Below, one piece after another: positions 18,720 through 31,533 of a stretch of 64,000 nucleotides of DNA. The notes beneath the pieces were generated by a model. That model was not told the DNA's origin. It did no database searches and saw only the letters and a list, made by a program, of their open reading frames with translations. The translations under genes were made by a program, and so were the position numbers. Position 1 is the stretch's first letter. Each line of letters starts with the position of its first letter. This DNA is from an uncultured Melioribacter sp. (GTDB lineage: Bacteria > Bacteroidota > Ignavibacteria > Kapaibacteriales > Kapaibacteriaceae): assembly GCA_964465685.1 (NCBI GenBank), contig CAYXKK010000001.1, positions 229,997 through 293,996 of the forward strand, written 5' to 3'.

Positions 18720-19768
18720 GTTGATGACGATGATGATGATGATGAATGTTGAAGTGAGCGAAGTGACGTCAGTGAGATGCCGTGTTTGGATTCATACAGC
18801 CAACACAGGCCTCCAACGAAAAACGAGATACCGTAGTTCACGATCCAGGCAATCATTGCAAATGCAAGAGCTTCAGAAGCCGTTGCAGTGGTGAGGGCCA
18901 TGAGTCCGACTTGCGCAAAACTCTGATACACGCCAAATGCACCTGGTGTTGGAGCAATGGTAACACCAACGGAAATCACGAGAAGGAGCGAGGTCGCCCC
19001 CATCACTGTGAGCTCATGTGCAGATGCAAAGGGCATCGCTTGTGCCGTAACCCAAACAGGGACGATGTAGAGCACCCAGACGAGGATCGATTGAATGACG
19101 ATCGTTACATACAGCTGCGGCTCACGAACGGCTTTCATGCCCTCTCGCACATTTGTGAGAATACTGTCGAGCCGTGAGGCTAGTGGAAGATGGATTCTGC
19201 CAACTGTTTGTCGTATGATCGAGGGACCAAGATTCGTAAACACGACAACAATGAGCACGGCAATAAGTCCAATGGCTGGTATGCCGAGTCGTAGCGATAG
19301 CATTTCGATGGACATACCCGGTAACATCGTCTGCACGATAGACGGAGCGACGAGCACGACGGCTGTAATCGATACGAGAAGTGTTATGACATCTATTACA
19401 CGCTCGACAAGTACACTGCTCATTGCGAGCGGCAAGGAGAGCGATTCACGTCGTGACAAAATCCAGGGTCTCACAACTTCACCCAATCGTGGTATGATCG
19501 TGTTGACGGCATACCCGATCATGACGGATGAGAATGCTGTCGTTCTTCGAACATGTGGTGCCGCCGGACGAAGTAGGAGTCGCCAGCGAATTGCACGAAC
19601 CACGTGCGACAGGACGATAAGCGGGATGGTAAGCGAAAGAAGGAGAACATTCGAATCCCCCATCAATCGCGTGACCTCGTTGAGATCAACATTTCGCAGC
19701 AAAAACCACATCGCAGCAGCGACGATCCCGAGGCTTACACCCGCCCGTATGATTCCGCGGAACGTCAT
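18716..19768 (-). CDS. UPF0104 / lysyl-phosphatidylglycerol-synthase-TM-like (flippase-like) integral membrane protein
   Basis: 8 or more predicted TM helices. The N-terminus [29 protein letters not shown] is typical of the family. The C-terminus ends in a poly-Ser tail encoded by a (TCA)n microsatellite. The ATG at 19768 overlaps the uvrA stop, and the stop overlaps the FNR start (ATGA). Confidence 0.7.
   Translation of the reverse strand: MTFRGIIRAGVSLGIVAAAMWFLLRNVDLNEVTRLMGDSNVLLLSLTIPLIVLSHVVRAIRWRLLLRPAAPHVRRTTAFSSVMIGYAVNTIIPRLGEVVRPWILSRRESLSLPLAMSSVLVERVIDVITLLVSITAVVLVAPSIVQTMLPGMSIEMLSLRLGIPAIGLIAVLIVVVFTNLGPSIIRQTVGRIHLPLASRLDSILTNVREGMKAVREPQLYVTIVIQSILVWVLYIVPVWVTAQAMPFASAHELTVMGATSLLLVISVGVTIAPTPGAFGVYQSFAQVGLMALTTATASEALAFAMIAWIVNYGISFFVGGLCWLYESKHGISLTSLRSLQHSSSSSSSST
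18723..18745 (-). repeat. (TCA)n / (GAT)n trinucleotide microsatellite encoding a C-terminal poly-serine tail
   Basis: The + strand reads gatgacgatgatgatgatgatga, giving about 7 in-frame Ser codons at the end of the membrane protein. Confidence 0.8.
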
Positions 19769-22644
19769 CACGAGGTAGACCTACGCTTACGTACCGGCGC
19801 TCCATGTTGAGCGAAGTGTGTTGCGAGTGCAGCACCCGTGAACGAACCATTGACACCAGCAACAGCCTTCGGCGTGCCTGTTGCTACAACTCGACCACCC
19901 TGGTTGCCCCCTCCAGGTCCCATATCGATGATCCAGTCGGCAGCCGCCATAACATGAACGTTATGCTCGATAACGACGAGTGTATGTCCCTGATCAACCA
20001 GTCGATTGAATGCGTCAAGCAAAGCTGACACATCATGGACATGCAGACCCGTCGTTGGCTCGTCGAACATGAAGAGCACAGGGCCCTGCGCTTGTGTATC
20101 GAGGTGTGTTGCAAGCTTGATGCGCTGCGCTTCACCTCCGCTGAGGTGCGTTGACGGTTGACCGAGTCGAACGTATCCAAGGCCTACATCTCGAAGAATT
20201 TTAAGCTTTGACACGATACGTGGAGAATCACTGAAGTGCGACATGGCGTCTTCGACCGTCATTCCCAGCACGTCAACAATTGACTTGTCCTTGTAGAGGA
20301 TCTGCTGCGCATCGCGCTTGTAGCGTGTGCCATGACAGTTCTCGCATGGCAATTCAATGTCGGGGAGGAACTGCATTTCGATAGTGACTGTGCCAGCCCC
20401 TTCGCATACCTCGCAGCGTCCACCCGCAACGTTGAACGAGAAGTGTCCTGCTCGCCATCCGAGTTGCTTCGCAGATTGTGTTGATGCAAACACGTCCCGT
20501 ATAGCATCGAAGACCTTCGTGTACGTTGCCGGAGTCGAGCGACTTGATCGACCAATTGGTGTTTGATCGATCATCTCGATGCCAGTGATATGCTCGAGTC
20601 CATCAATGCGTTCGCACTGTCCAACCTCACCTGAATAACCGCCGAACATGCGCTGCACGCCTGCATAGAGCACATCATGCACCACTGAACTCTTACCCGA
20701 ACCTGACACTCCAGTGACGACTGTCATTGTACCGAGAGGAATGCTTACATCATCGCCACGGAGATTATGATGATGTGGTTTCCGAATGACTATCTCCTTG
20801 CCATTCCCCTTGCGATACGTTGTCTTGATTGGGACTGAACGCGTTCCACGCAAATATTCTGCTGTCAAACTTTCACCATGTTCGAGCATGTGCGGAAGTG
20901 GTCCCTGATACACGACGTTTCCGCCCTGCTCACCTGCCTGCGGCCCGATGTCGACGACGTAGTCGGCGGTTCGAATCACGTCGAGATCGTGCTCAACGAT
21001 GACAACCGTATTGCCTAGTCGGCGGAGCTGCTGCAGAATGCGGAGCAGTCGATCGGTATCACGAGGGTGCAGACCGATGCTTGGTTCATCAAGCACATAC
21101 AACGTACCCACAAGGGCTGAACCAAGTGACGTTGCAAGATTGATGCGTTGCGACTCGCCGCCCGAGAGCGTGTGTGAGAGACGATCGAGTGTGAGGTACT
21201 CCAACCCAATGTCGCACAACACATGAAGTCGTCGACGAATCTCAGCAAGTATCTGTCCGACGATTGACTCTTCAAACGGCGTCAACATCATTCGATCGAA
21301 ATGATCGCGTGCTTCGCCAAGTGTGAGAGACACCACGTGTGGGATATTTGCACCGCCCACAAAAACTTGTCGTGCGGCCGTCCGCAGTCGCGAACCGTTA
21401 CACTTTGTACACGATGTGTATCCGCGGTAGCGACTCAGCATCACGCGATAGTGTGTCTTGTAGGATTTCTCTTCGAGCATGCGGAAGAAGCCATCAACAC
21501 CGATGTACTTCCCGAACCCAGTCATCACCGATTGGCGCTGTTCATCCGTGAGTTTGTAAAACGGGACATCGACTGGCACATCTTCAAGTGGGGCTTCAGA
21601 AATCAGTGACTTGAGATACGCACCGAACGTCTCGCCACGAAATGGATGTAGCGCGCCACGACGAAGACTGAGATTTGTGTCAGGAACCACAAGGTTCATG
21701 TCGATGCCAACACTTCGTCCAAAGCCCTGACACGTTGGACATGCACCGAATGGACTGTTGAAGGAGAACAACCGTGGCTCTGGTTCGATGTATAGCGTGC
21801 CCGTGCGTGCGCTTTCAAACCGCGATGAGAAAAACGTGTCGTTTCCCGTTTGCACATCACGAATAACCAGTCGACCGCTTCCCGCTTCAAACGCTTGCTC
21901 AATCGAATCCATCAGTCGCGTGTGCGTTTCGTTGTCGTCACGTACGACGATACGATCGATCAGTACGTAAATCTCAGTTCCACTCTTCGGGAACTCTGTC
22001 ACATCATCAAGCTCAAGAAGCTCGGTTGACGATCCCAACACCAGACGTGAAAATCCCTTTGCACGCAAACCTTCACGGACGATGTCGAGCTCGGCATGTT
22101 CGTGCGGGAGTTCAGCAAGTATGTAGATCCGCCCACCAGCATGTGTCGACATCACCGTTGTGGTTACCGACTGCGGGTTGTCCTTACGGATCACCTCGCC
22201 GGTATCCTTATCAATCACGGTTCCAATGCGGCCGTACAGCAACCGGAGAAAATCATAGATCTCGGTCGTCGTTCCAACCGTTGATCGTGGGTTCTTCGCA
22301 AACGTTTGTTGCTCAATCGCAACTGCCGGCGGCAGGCCGTGAATCGCGTCCACATCAGGCTTGTTCATGCGATCCAGAAACTGCCGCGCATACGCACTCA
22401 GCGATTCTACAAACCGGCGCTGTCCTTCGGCATACAAGGTGTCAAATGCAAGACTCGACTTACCAGACCCTGACAGGCCCGTAATCACCGTCAAGGCATT
22501 ACGAGGTATCGTAACGTCGATATTCTTGAGGTTATTCACCCGTGCCCCGGTGATCGACACAACCTTCGAGGCGGCGGTTGGCGGCGGTGCTGGAGTGTTG
22601 GAAGGGGGCTTCACAGGGGTCAATTGATTGCACTGAAACCACAA
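19768..22644 (-). CDS. uvrA: Excinuclease ABC subunit A
   Basis: 958 aa with two ABC ATPase modules ([12 protein letters not shown] and [12 protein letters not shown]) and zinc-finger CxxC pairs. Short N-terminal Pro-rich extension. Confidence 0.95.
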   Translation of the reverse strand: MWFQCNQLTPVKPPSNTPAPPPTAASKVVSITGARVNNLKNIDVTIPRNALTVITGLSGSGKSSLAFDTLYAEGQRRFVESLSAYARQFLDRMNKPDVDAIHGLPPAVAIEQQTFAKNPRSTVGTTTEIYDFLRLLYGRIGTVIDKDTGEVIRKDNPQSVTTTVMSTHAGGRIYILAELPHEHAELDIVREGLRAKGFSRLVLGSSTELLELDDVTEFPKSGTEIYVLIDRIVVRDDNETHTRLMDSIEQAFEAGSGRLVIRDVQTGNDTFFSSRFESARTGTLYIEPEPRLFSFNSPFGACPTCQGFGRSVGIDMNLVVPDTNLSLRRGALHPFRGETFGAYLKSLISEAPLEDVPVDVPFYKLTDEQRQSVMTGFGKYIGVDGFFRMLEEKSYKTHYRVMLSRYRGYTSCTKCNGSRLRTAARQVFVGGANIPHVVSLTLGEARDHFDRMMLTPFEESIVGQILAEIRRRLHVLCDIGLEYLTLDRLSHTLSGGESQRINLATSLGSALVGTLYVLDEPSIGLHPRDTDRLLRILQQLRRLGNTVVIVEHDLDVIRTADYVVDIGPQAGEQGGNVVYQGPLPHMLEHGESLTAEYLRGTRSVPIKTTYRKGNGKEIVIRKPHHHNLRGDDVSIPLGTMTVVTGVSGSGKSSVVHDVLYAGVQRMFGGYSGEVGQCERIDGLEHITGIEMIDQTPIGRSSRSTPATYTKVFDAIRDVFASTQSAKQLGWRAGHFSFNVAGGRCEVCEGAGTVTIEMQFLPDIELPCENCHGTRYKRDAQQILYKDKSIVDVLGMTVEDAMSHFSDSPRIVSKLKILRDVGLGYVRLGQPSTHLSGGEAQRIKLATHLDTQAQGPVLFMFDEPTTGLHVHDVSALLDAFNRLVDQGHTLVVIEHNVHVMAAADWIIDMGPGGGNQGGRVVATGTPKAVAGVNGSFTGAALATHFAQHGAPVRKRRSTS

Positions 22645-22821
22645 AACTACGGTTTTTGGCGACCCTTACGACCACTGTGAGGTGCCTCGACCTTGGATGC
22701 CTGCGCCTATCGGGCGCACAAACGTGTGTCAAGTGATTGCTGGCACGGTACTTGCTTTATGTCAAGGAGTTCCGTAAACTTGTCGTCTTGTTTCTAACGA
22801 ATCGTATTTGGAGTCCGAATC

Positions 22822-23043
22822 ATGGCTCGTCGCTGTGAACTCACTGGTGTTGGTGTGATGTACGGCAATAATGTGTCGCACGCAAACAATAAGACACGTC
22901 GCCGCTTCCTTCCTAACATCCAAAAGAAGCGCATCTGGGTACCTGAAGAAGGTCGCTGGGTAACTGTGAAGATCACTGCAAGCGCACTCAAGACGCTTGA
23001 CAAGGTGGGCTACACAGCTATGAAGAAGCGCGCAGGAAAGTAA
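22822..23043 (+). CDS. rpmB: 50S ribosomal protein L28
   Basis: MARRCELTGVGVMYGNNVSHANNKTRRRFLPNIQKK... is the canonical bL28 sequence. Confidence 0.9.
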   Translation: MARRCELTGVGVMYGNNVSHANNKTRRRFLPNIQKKRIWVPEEGRWVTVKITASALKTLDKVGYTAMKKRAGK

Positions 23044-23082
23044 CGCGTATGCCCCGTTTTGCGGGGTTCATACCAACGGAAG

Positions 23083-23103
23083 GCCGCCTTGCGGCCTTTT
23101 TTC
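23083..23103 (+). terminator. Rho-independent terminator after rpmB
   Basis: GGCCGC-CTT-GCGGCC, a perfect 6-bp GC stem, followed by TTTTTT. It is preceded by a second weaker hairpin, CCCCG-TTTTG-CGGGG, at 23052-23066. Confidence 0.75.
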
Positions 23104-23150
23104 GTTCCTACGATGTCATAAAACACTCCATTGGTACGTCATCACTCCCG

Positions 23151-24758
23151 ATGCAACGTTTTCAATGTTCCCATGCTCCACAATGCCGCGCCTCAGCACT
23201 AGGTGTCATTACCTTACTGCTGTTGTGCGTCCTTCCCCTGTCCGCGCAACAGCCTGACTCCAGCGAGCGGGTGCGCAGGGCGCGCGAGTTATTCATCAAC
23301 GGTACAACCCTGCAGATACAGGGAAACCGACATGCAGAGGCGATTCTCGAGTTTCAACAAGCGCTCCGCTATGACTCGTCCTCTGTTACACTCGCAGCTA
23401 TTGCTCGCAGCTACTTCGAGCTGCGCAAACTTGATCTCGCACTAGAGTTCGCAGATGCGGCAGTGAAGCGCGATTCAACCTCTCGAGACATTTGGGAACT
23501 AATCGCTGAGATCGAGGTCCTCCGCGGACACTACGACGAAGGTATCGCAGCGTACGAACGCCTGCTCACGCTCAACCCATCTCGTCGCCAGCTTTACACA
23601 CTCGGTCGTCTGTACGAGCCACGTAACGCTGCAAAGGCAATCGAGATGTTCGAACGTCTCTGCGCCACGCAGCCTGATCCAACACTCCTTTTGCGGCTGG
23701 CAGATCTCTATGAACGGCGCCGTGATACAAAGGGCATCATTCGATCCCTTGAACGCGCACGCCAGAGTGATCCATATGACGCGCAAATTGCAGCACGTTC
23801 GTGTGAGGTGTATGTGCGGGAAGCAATGTTCGATGAACTCAAAGCTGTACTTGTGCAATGGAAGCGCAACGATCCTGAAATCGAACGCAGCGCTCGAATA
23901 TGGGGCGTCACATTTACAAGTCTGCTTGAGGACTCGCTCGTGTTGGCCATTCATCGGAACGAGGTGATTCCGTTGCTGGACGACGCACTCATCACCTTCC
24001 CAACAACATGGCCAGTAATGGCGTTGGCCGGAACGGTCAGCGTTGCTATCGAGGACACGGTACGCTCCCGACTCTTGTTTGATCAGACAGTGGAAGCCTC
24101 ACAGTATCGTGTTGAAAGTTATCTGGAGATTGGCCGCATTTACTTGCTGCGGAACTATCCAAACCAAGCATACGAGTACCTCTCCGAAGCACTTCGTCGA
24201 TACCCATCCGATGCTCGATGTGCATACATGCTCGGTAGCGCGAGTTTGGAACTCGACCGTGACGATGATGCAATTGCGTACTACACGGCTGCCGTTGAAC
24301 TCGATCCACGTATGGTTGACGCATGGGTGCAATTGGGAATCCTGTACGATCAGCGTGGAAATGCCGACAGTTCGGATATGCACTATCGACGAGCACTCCG
24401 CCTGGAGCCTGATAACGCTCTTGCACTCAACAACCTTGCGTATTCACTCTCTGTGCGTGGCTTGCAGTTGGACCAAGCCCGCATGATGGCATGGCGTGCA
24501 GTTCAGGCCGAGCCTCAGAGCGCCGCGTATGCAGATACGTACGCTTGGGTGCTGTTCCAACTCGGTGAATACCGCGAAGCTCGCTTCTATATCGAGCGTG
24601 CTATTTCCCTTGGTGGTAATGCAACGCACTACGAACACCTTGGCGACATTCTATGGGCACTGCAGGAGTATCCTGCTGCCCTGTCGGCATGGCGACAGGC
24701 ACTCACGCGTGATCCGTCACGCACACGCTTACTCGACAAGATTGATCAGCAGAAATAG
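23151..24758 (+). CDS. TPR-repeat secreted protein
   Basis: ATG at 23151 gives MQRFQCSHAPQCRASALGVITLLLLCVLPLSAQQ, a signal peptide, followed by multiple TPR-like repeats. The ORF track start (23049) lies upstream of the rpmB terminator and is unlikely. Confidence 0.65.
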   Translation: MQRFQCSHAPQCRASALGVITLLLLCVLPLSAQQPDSSERVRRARELFINGTTLQIQGNRHAEAILEFQQALRYDSSSVTLAAIARSYFELRKLDLALEFADAAVKRDSTSRDIWELIAEIEVLRGHYDEGIAAYERLLTLNPSRRQLYTLGRLYEPRNAAKAIEMFERLCATQPDPTLLLRLADLYERRRDTKGIIRSLERARQSDPYDAQIAARSCEVYVREAMFDELKAVLVQWKRNDPEIERSARIWGVTFTSLLEDSLVLAIHRNEVIPLLDDALITFPTTWPVMALAGTVSVAIEDTVRSRLLFDQTVEASQYRVESYLEIGRIYLLRNYPNQAYEYLSEALRRYPSDARCAYMLGSASLELDRDDDAIAYYTAAVELDPRMVDAWVQLGILYDQRGNADSSDMHYRRALRLEPDNALALNNLAYSLSVRGLQLDQARMMAWRAVQAEPQSAAYADTYAWVLFQLGEYREARFYIERAISLGGNATHYEHLGDILWALQEYPAALSAWRQALTRDPSRTRLLDKIDQQK

Positions 24759-24776
24759 TATACAGGAACCACTTCA

Positions 24777-24965
24777 ATGCAACGACCAACAAGCACCGAC
24801 CCGAACGATTATGAAGTCCTCATCCGCCGTCGCGGAGAAAACGACTACGCGTCATACTGTCCGCAGTTGGCACACATGATCAAGGGCACAGCTCACGAAG
24901 AAGTTGAGGAAGCCATGAAAGCGATCGTTCTAGCGTACATCGCTTCGCTCAAGCACGACGCGTAA
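24777..24965 (+). CDS. HicB-like / UPF0150-family small protein (antitoxin-like fold)
   Basis: The pattern YEVLIRRRGENDYASYCPQLAHMIKGTAHEEVEEAMKAIVLAYIASL fits the HicB/UPF0150 consensus (Y-V-I-x-DG-Y-A-x-CP-L-x-G-T-EEA-A-I). No HicA partner is found. Confidence 0.6.
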   Translation: MQRPTSTDPNDYEVLIRRRGENDYASYCPQLAHMIKGTAHEEVEEAMKAIVLAYIASLKHDA

Positions 24966-24968
24966 GCT

Positions 24969-25484
24969 ATGTCTAACTCGGCTCACCAGTATGTTCTCGG
25001 ACTGCGCTGGGAAACCCGGTGCGTGATTGCACTGATTGTTCTGACAGTTGTTGGAATCGTCGCAATGATGTACGCCGACGCATTTGCCTCCGCGCTGGTC
25101 CTTAGCTGTCTGATTGCTCTCGGCATTGCACTTGCAGTAACGCTCCGTCAGCTCCTACGCGACGACTACCTTCATACGACATCTGCAATGACGCTCGTTG
25201 CAATGATTCCACCTGTTTCACTTGCAACGGTGTACGTTGGGATGATTTCGTCGTGGATGCAACGAATGGGATTCGGCACGTTCATGCGTGTAGCCGTAAC
25301 CTCACTGTTGCTGTGGTCTGTTGTTGCAGTGGCGTTGCCACTGACGACGTTCGAGAGTACGCTCGTGCTTCTTACCGGTACGGCAACATCGATATTGCGA
25401 CAGATCACCGGACCTTCACGGTATCTCCTTCCATGGACGATTGGGCTGCTTTGTCTCATGCTGCTTCGCACACTACCAACATGA
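24969..25484 (+). CDS. Integral membrane protein (hypothetical, ~4 TM helices)
   Basis: It starts 4 bp after the HicB-like stop. It is hydrophobic throughout. Its stop overlaps the ATG of the CPBP protease gene (ATGA at 25481-25484). Confidence 0.55.
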   Translation: MSNSAHQYVLGLRWETRCVIALIVLTVVGIVAMMYADAFASALVLSCLIALGIALAVTLRQLLRDDYLHTTSAMTLVAMIPPVSLATVYVGMISSWMQRMGFGTFMRVAVTSLLLWSVVAVALPLTTFESTLVLLTGTATSILRQITGPSRYLLPWTIGLLCLMLLRTLPT

Positions 25485-26314
25485 TCAACCACTGGTTCGG
25501 TCGCATTGCATTGATTCTTGGAGCTGTGCTCGTGCCCCTGTTCATCGGCTCTTCGGTCGGTGGTGACGTTCTCGATCCTGCGTCAATTCAAGCACTCATG
25601 TACGGATTCGCATTCGTTGCTGTTGTTGGTATTGAACACCAGCGGAGTGGAAGCAGTGGTCGTGCTTCTGGATTGGTGCCGACACCTCGAAGCTCATTGC
25701 TGACTGCCATCGGGTTTGGATGGGCGGTCACAGCACTCGCGACGATTCTCCTCCTTGCACTCCTGTTTGGAGCACGACTTGAAGGTGTAGCTTCACCCGT
25801 GTTCTCATTCACTGGTCTTAGCACGATCGTCCTGTTCGCAGCAGGCGAAGAAGTCGTGTTCCGCGGTACCCTGCTGGAAGCACTTCATGAACGCTTTGGT
25901 CCAACAACTGCTATCCTTATAACAAGTACGCTGTTTGCACTGGCGCACGCTGGAAATCCCGGAGCATCGCTCATCAGCATTCTCAATGTTGGCCTTGCTG
26001 GCGTTGCACTCGGAACAGCCGTAGTGTCTACGTCGTCATTGTGGCTGGCCATTGGGTTTCATGTGACGTGGAATGTGCTTCTCTCTGCGGTGTTTGGAGT
26101 GGTAAGCGGAATTGATCTCGGACTCGGATTCAGTCAATTGAACACACAGTCAATCTATCCGCCTGCTCATGCATGGATCGCCGGCGCCTTTGGCGTCGAA
26201 GAGGGATATCTGACGACTGTTCTGCTGCTGGTGTCGGTGTTCTGTATCGCGAAGTACGCGCCATATGATCCATATGTGCGCGCTGCACGATTACGACGTT
26301 CGTTTTCGTCTTGA
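25481..26314 (+). CDS. CPBP-family intramembrane glutamic endopeptidase (CAAX protease / Abi family)
   Basis: All three CPBP motifs are present: EEVVFRG (EExxxR), FALAHAGN (FxxxH) and HVTWN (HxxxN). It is a multi-TM protein. ATG at 25481; the ORF track start (25253) lies in the overlapping upstream gene. Confidence 0.8.
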   Translation: MINHWFGRIALILGAVLVPLFIGSSVGGDVLDPASIQALMYGFAFVAVVGIEHQRSGSSGRASGLVPTPRSSLLTAIGFGWAVTALATILLLALLFGARLEGVASPVFSFTGLSTIVLFAAGEEVVFRGTLLEALHERFGPTTAILITSTLFALAHAGNPGASLISILNVGLAGVALGTAVVSTSSLWLAIGFHVTWNVLLSAVFGVVSGIDLGLGFSQLNTQSIYPPAHAWIAGAFGVEEGYLTTVLLLVSVFCIAKYAPYDPYVRAARLRRSFSS

Positions 26315-26346
26315 TACTTGATTCGTTGCACTGCTACGTTTGCATC

Positions 26347-27498
26347 ATGAAACTCGTCACAGCAATCCTCATTACCCTTATTGTCGCCGCACTGCCGTCG
26401 TATGCCCAATGGGTCTCGATGAAGTCAGACGGAGACTCGATCCTCCAGCGAGGCATTCGTCACATCTATAACGTTGAGTTCGACGAAGCGCATAACGAGT
26501 TCTCAAAGGTCATTGCACTCTATCCAACCCATCCCGCCGGATACTTCCTTGATGCAATGGTTGAGTGGTGGCGCATTAATCTGGATCAGAAGACTACGTC
26601 GTACGATCAGCTTTTTCTACAGAAGATTGATCGCGTGCTTGCCGTCTGCGACCGTCGACTCGATTCAATGCCAAAGGATGTTGCAGCGCTCTTTTTTAAG
26701 GGCGGCGCTATTGGGTTCCGCGGACGCTACCACATCACGCGCAACAATTACTTCAGCGCGGCAGATGACGGCCGCATTGCGTTGGGTATTCTGCAGGACT
26801 GCTATCGCATAGCTCCAGGAAACCACGATGTGATGCTCGGCACCGGGATCTACAACTACTTCAGCGTAGCCATCCCCGAACGACGTCCCGGTTTGAGTAC
26901 GCTGATGATGTTTCTTCCCTCTGGCGACAAGCAACTGGGGTTGGCCCAACTCAAAGCCGCTGCACGCCAAGCACGATACGCCGCAGTAGAGGCGAAGGTG
27001 ATCCTCATTCAAGCCTACACTGACTTCGAATGGAATCTCCTAGAGGCGATGATCTACGCACGCGACCTCCACCAGAACTTCCCCAAGAATCCAGCATTTC
27101 AGCGTGCCTATGGACGTTGCTTGATCGGACTCGGTCCGCGCGACTCTGCAGAACTCTGCTGGCGTGATGTCCTTGTCAAATACATGGACAAGAAGTTTGG
27201 CTACGACCGTCTCGCTGCTCGCGAGGCTCTGTACTACATCGGCATCTGTCGTATGCAGTCGCGGGACTTCCCCATGGCGTTGAAATACCTAGCGAAGTGC
27301 TTTGAGGCATCAAAGGTGCTCGACAAGGATGAGCCGACGGGACTCATGGTGAAGGCATTCCTGCGGATGGGTCAGATCTACGACGCACAGGGCAAACGCG
27401 ACCTTGCCAAGCGTCACTACCAACAAGTACTCGACTGGCCCGATTGGTCACAGTCGCACGCCGAGGCCACACGGTACATGAATAGTCCCTATCGGTAG
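26347..27498 (+). CDS. Secreted alpha-helical (TPR-like) hypothetical protein
   Basis: ATG at 26347 gives [21 protein letters not shown], a signal peptide. The rest is helical-repeat-like. Confidence 0.55.
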   Translation: MKLVTAILITLIVAALPSYAQWVSMKSDGDSILQRGIRHIYNVEFDEAHNEFSKVIALYPTHPAGYFLDAMVEWWRINLDQKTTSYDQLFLQKIDRVLAVCDRRLDSMPKDVAALFFKGGAIGFRGRYHITRNNYFSAADDGRIALGILQDCYRIAPGNHDVMLGTGIYNYFSVAIPERRPGLSTLMMFLPSGDKQLGLAQLKAAARQARYAAVEAKVILIQAYTDFEWNLLEAMIYARDLHQNFPKNPAFQRAYGRCLIGLGPRDSAELCWRDVLVKYMDKKFGYDRLAAREALYYIGICRMQSRDFPMALKYLAKCFEASKVLDKDEPTGLMVKAFLRMGQIYDAQGKRDLAKRHYQQVLDWPDWSQSHAEATRYMNSPYR

Positions 27499-27545
27499 AA
27501 TGTCGATGCGTATTTTTGCGCATTGTTCATCGATACTGGCGAGTG

Positions 27546-29683
<2,138 letters not shown>

Positions 29684-29687
<4 letters not shown>

Positions 29688-30619
29688 TCGCAGTCGGGAT
29701 TGATATCGGAACCAATTCTGCACTGATGGTCATGGCCACAGTACATAACGACGGTCGATACGATATCATTGACGAGCTCCACGAGCTTCCCCGGCTCGGC
29801 GAGCTACTCGACACAACAGGTCGTATCAGTGATGAAGCCCAAGCGCGAGCAACGATATCACTGCAACGGTTTCGACAGCGCATACAACACGTCAATGACG
29901 GAACTCAGTCTGTGCATGTCGTGACTGTTGCAACCAGCGCACTGCGCGAGGCATCCAATGGTGCAGAGGTTTGTCGCTCGCTCGAGGACGCACTTGGATC
30001 AACGATCCAGGTGATTGATGGACAACGTGAAGCCGAACTAACGTTTCGTGGCGCAGTAGGAAACACGTCCGAGCCAACGATGATGATTGATATCGGGGGC
30101 GGATCTACCGAGTATGCGGTTGGAACAGGCGGAGCAGTGACCTTTGCCACAACATCAGATATTGGTGTTGTGCGCTTTCAAGATCGCTATGTCGACGCTC
30201 ATCCACTACCGTCCGATGCTCGAATACTGATTCGAGATCATGTACGCAACGTGCTCGATGAACATGCTCGCATCCTGTCTGCGGCAACGATCGTTCGTGC
30301 AACGGCTGGCACGCCTACAGCGTTGGCAATGATGGATCTTGGATTGCAGGAGTATCATGCAGCGGCAATCGACGGACATTGGTTGTCGCGAGATCGCGTT
30401 GATGAACTTGCGGAACAGTTGTGTGAGATGTCGCTCGCACAACTACGTGCAATTCCTGGTCTTGATGAGCGACGAGCTGATATCGTTCCGATCGGTGCAC
30501 TGATATTGTCAGAATCGCTACATCGGTGCAATCACCATCGCGTCCAGGTAAGTACGCGTGGCCTTCGTCATGGTGCCCTTGCGCTGGCAATGGATGCATT
30601 GAAACACATCTCATCATGA
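29684..30619 (+). CDS. Ppx/GppA-family phosphatase (exopolyphosphatase / pppGpp phosphohydrolase fold)
   Basis: [22 protein letters not shown] phosphate-1 motif, and IDIGGGSTE phosphate-2 motif. The start overlaps the mutase stop (ATGA). Confidence 0.8.
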
Positions 30620-31533
30620 ATCGTGCGATGCTCATTATAGTAGCACTGTTTCTTAGTGCGGCTTCCACCGTGATGGCGCAGCAACGAGAATACCACCTTG
30701 TCTACAACATGAAGGTCGGTGATATCCACGCATTCGATCTTGTGACAGAACAACATGTTGTCGGCCGACGTGCCGTGCGTGTTGCTACTGACATGCGCAT
30801 AGACGTGCTCAACAACGACCATCTGGGCAATTATGAATGCCGAATGACCCTAACAATCAATCGTGATTCATCACAGGGATTGCCAAATACGTACAATCTG
30901 AGTAACGGCGCCTTTGTCGTTGCAGGTGATCGCTCATACAGCCGTGTAGAGGGCTACGATGCGGTCATCAATAGCGTTGGTAATATCGTGCTTGGGCAAA
31001 CCGTACAACCACACACCCTCGATCAACAGGGCTTCACGCTGTCGTCGCAAACAACAGACTTTTCGATGATGGAGCGTCCGGTAGCCCCCTACGAAGTGAA
31101 CTTCACCTTGTCGTCAGCACCGGGTGAGAACCCGGTAACGATCGGGGTTCCGTACGAGGATACGATCTTCGTCACGAGTGCGATCCAACGTGTTAGCAAG
31201 AGCACCGGATTCATCACTTCACCTATGAGTGAATCGCCAGCACACCTCGACACGCTCTTCCGCCTAATGACGCTTGATTCAATCATCACCGTGGGTCAGC
31301 GTCAGGTTGGACACATCACATCTCGTGGACTCAAACGCACGGTGCTTGGACAGCAGTACGAAATCACGACGCAATACTATCGCGAAATGACGAGCGGGTT
31401 GATCGACAGTCTACATGAGACCTGCACGGCGATCCTAGCCAACGGAAAACGACGCCTCGAATACGTCACGGTTGGACGGCGACGTCATCCAGAAGCGTAC
31501 AGTCCGATGACGCTTACGCAATCGCCTCGCTGA
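30616..31533 (+). CDS. Secreted hypothetical protein
   Basis: ATG at 30616 gives [23 protein letters not shown], a signal peptide, and overlaps the Ppx/GppA stop by 4 bp. No recognisable domain. Confidence 0.5.
   Translation: MNRAMLIIVALFLSAASTVMAQQREYHLVYNMKVGDIHAFDLVTEQHVVGRRAVRVATDMRIDVLNNDHLGNYECRMTLTINRDSSQGLPNTYNLSNGAFVVAGDRSYSRVEGYDAVINSVGNIVLGQTVQPHTLDQQGFTLSSQTTDFSMMERPVAPYEVNFTLSSAPGENPVTIGVPYEDTIFVTSAIQRVSKSTGFITSPMSESPAHLDTLFRLMTLDSIITVGQRQVGHITSRGLKRTVLGQQYEITTQYYREMTSGLIDSLHETCTAILANGKRRLEYVTVGRRRHPEAYSPMTLTQSPR

Noticed and set aside
22645-22821. Possible ribosomal-protein leader or Bacteroidota-type promoter (TAnnTTTG) upstream of rpmB
   Set aside because: The nearest candidate (cgTATTTGg at ~22787) is one spacer base short of the consensus, and no clear -33 TTG partner was found. 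This is not enough to call a promoter.
23049-23150. Upstream extension of the TPR protein ORF
   Set aside because: It contains the rpmB rho-independent terminator (23083-23103). The signal-peptide Met at 23151 is the plausible start.
24777-24965. Complete HicAB toxin-antitoxin pair
   Set aside because: Only the HicB-like protein is present. No ORF in the 6-frame track nearby has a HicA (dsRBD-like, ~60 aa) signature, so it is not called a TA system.
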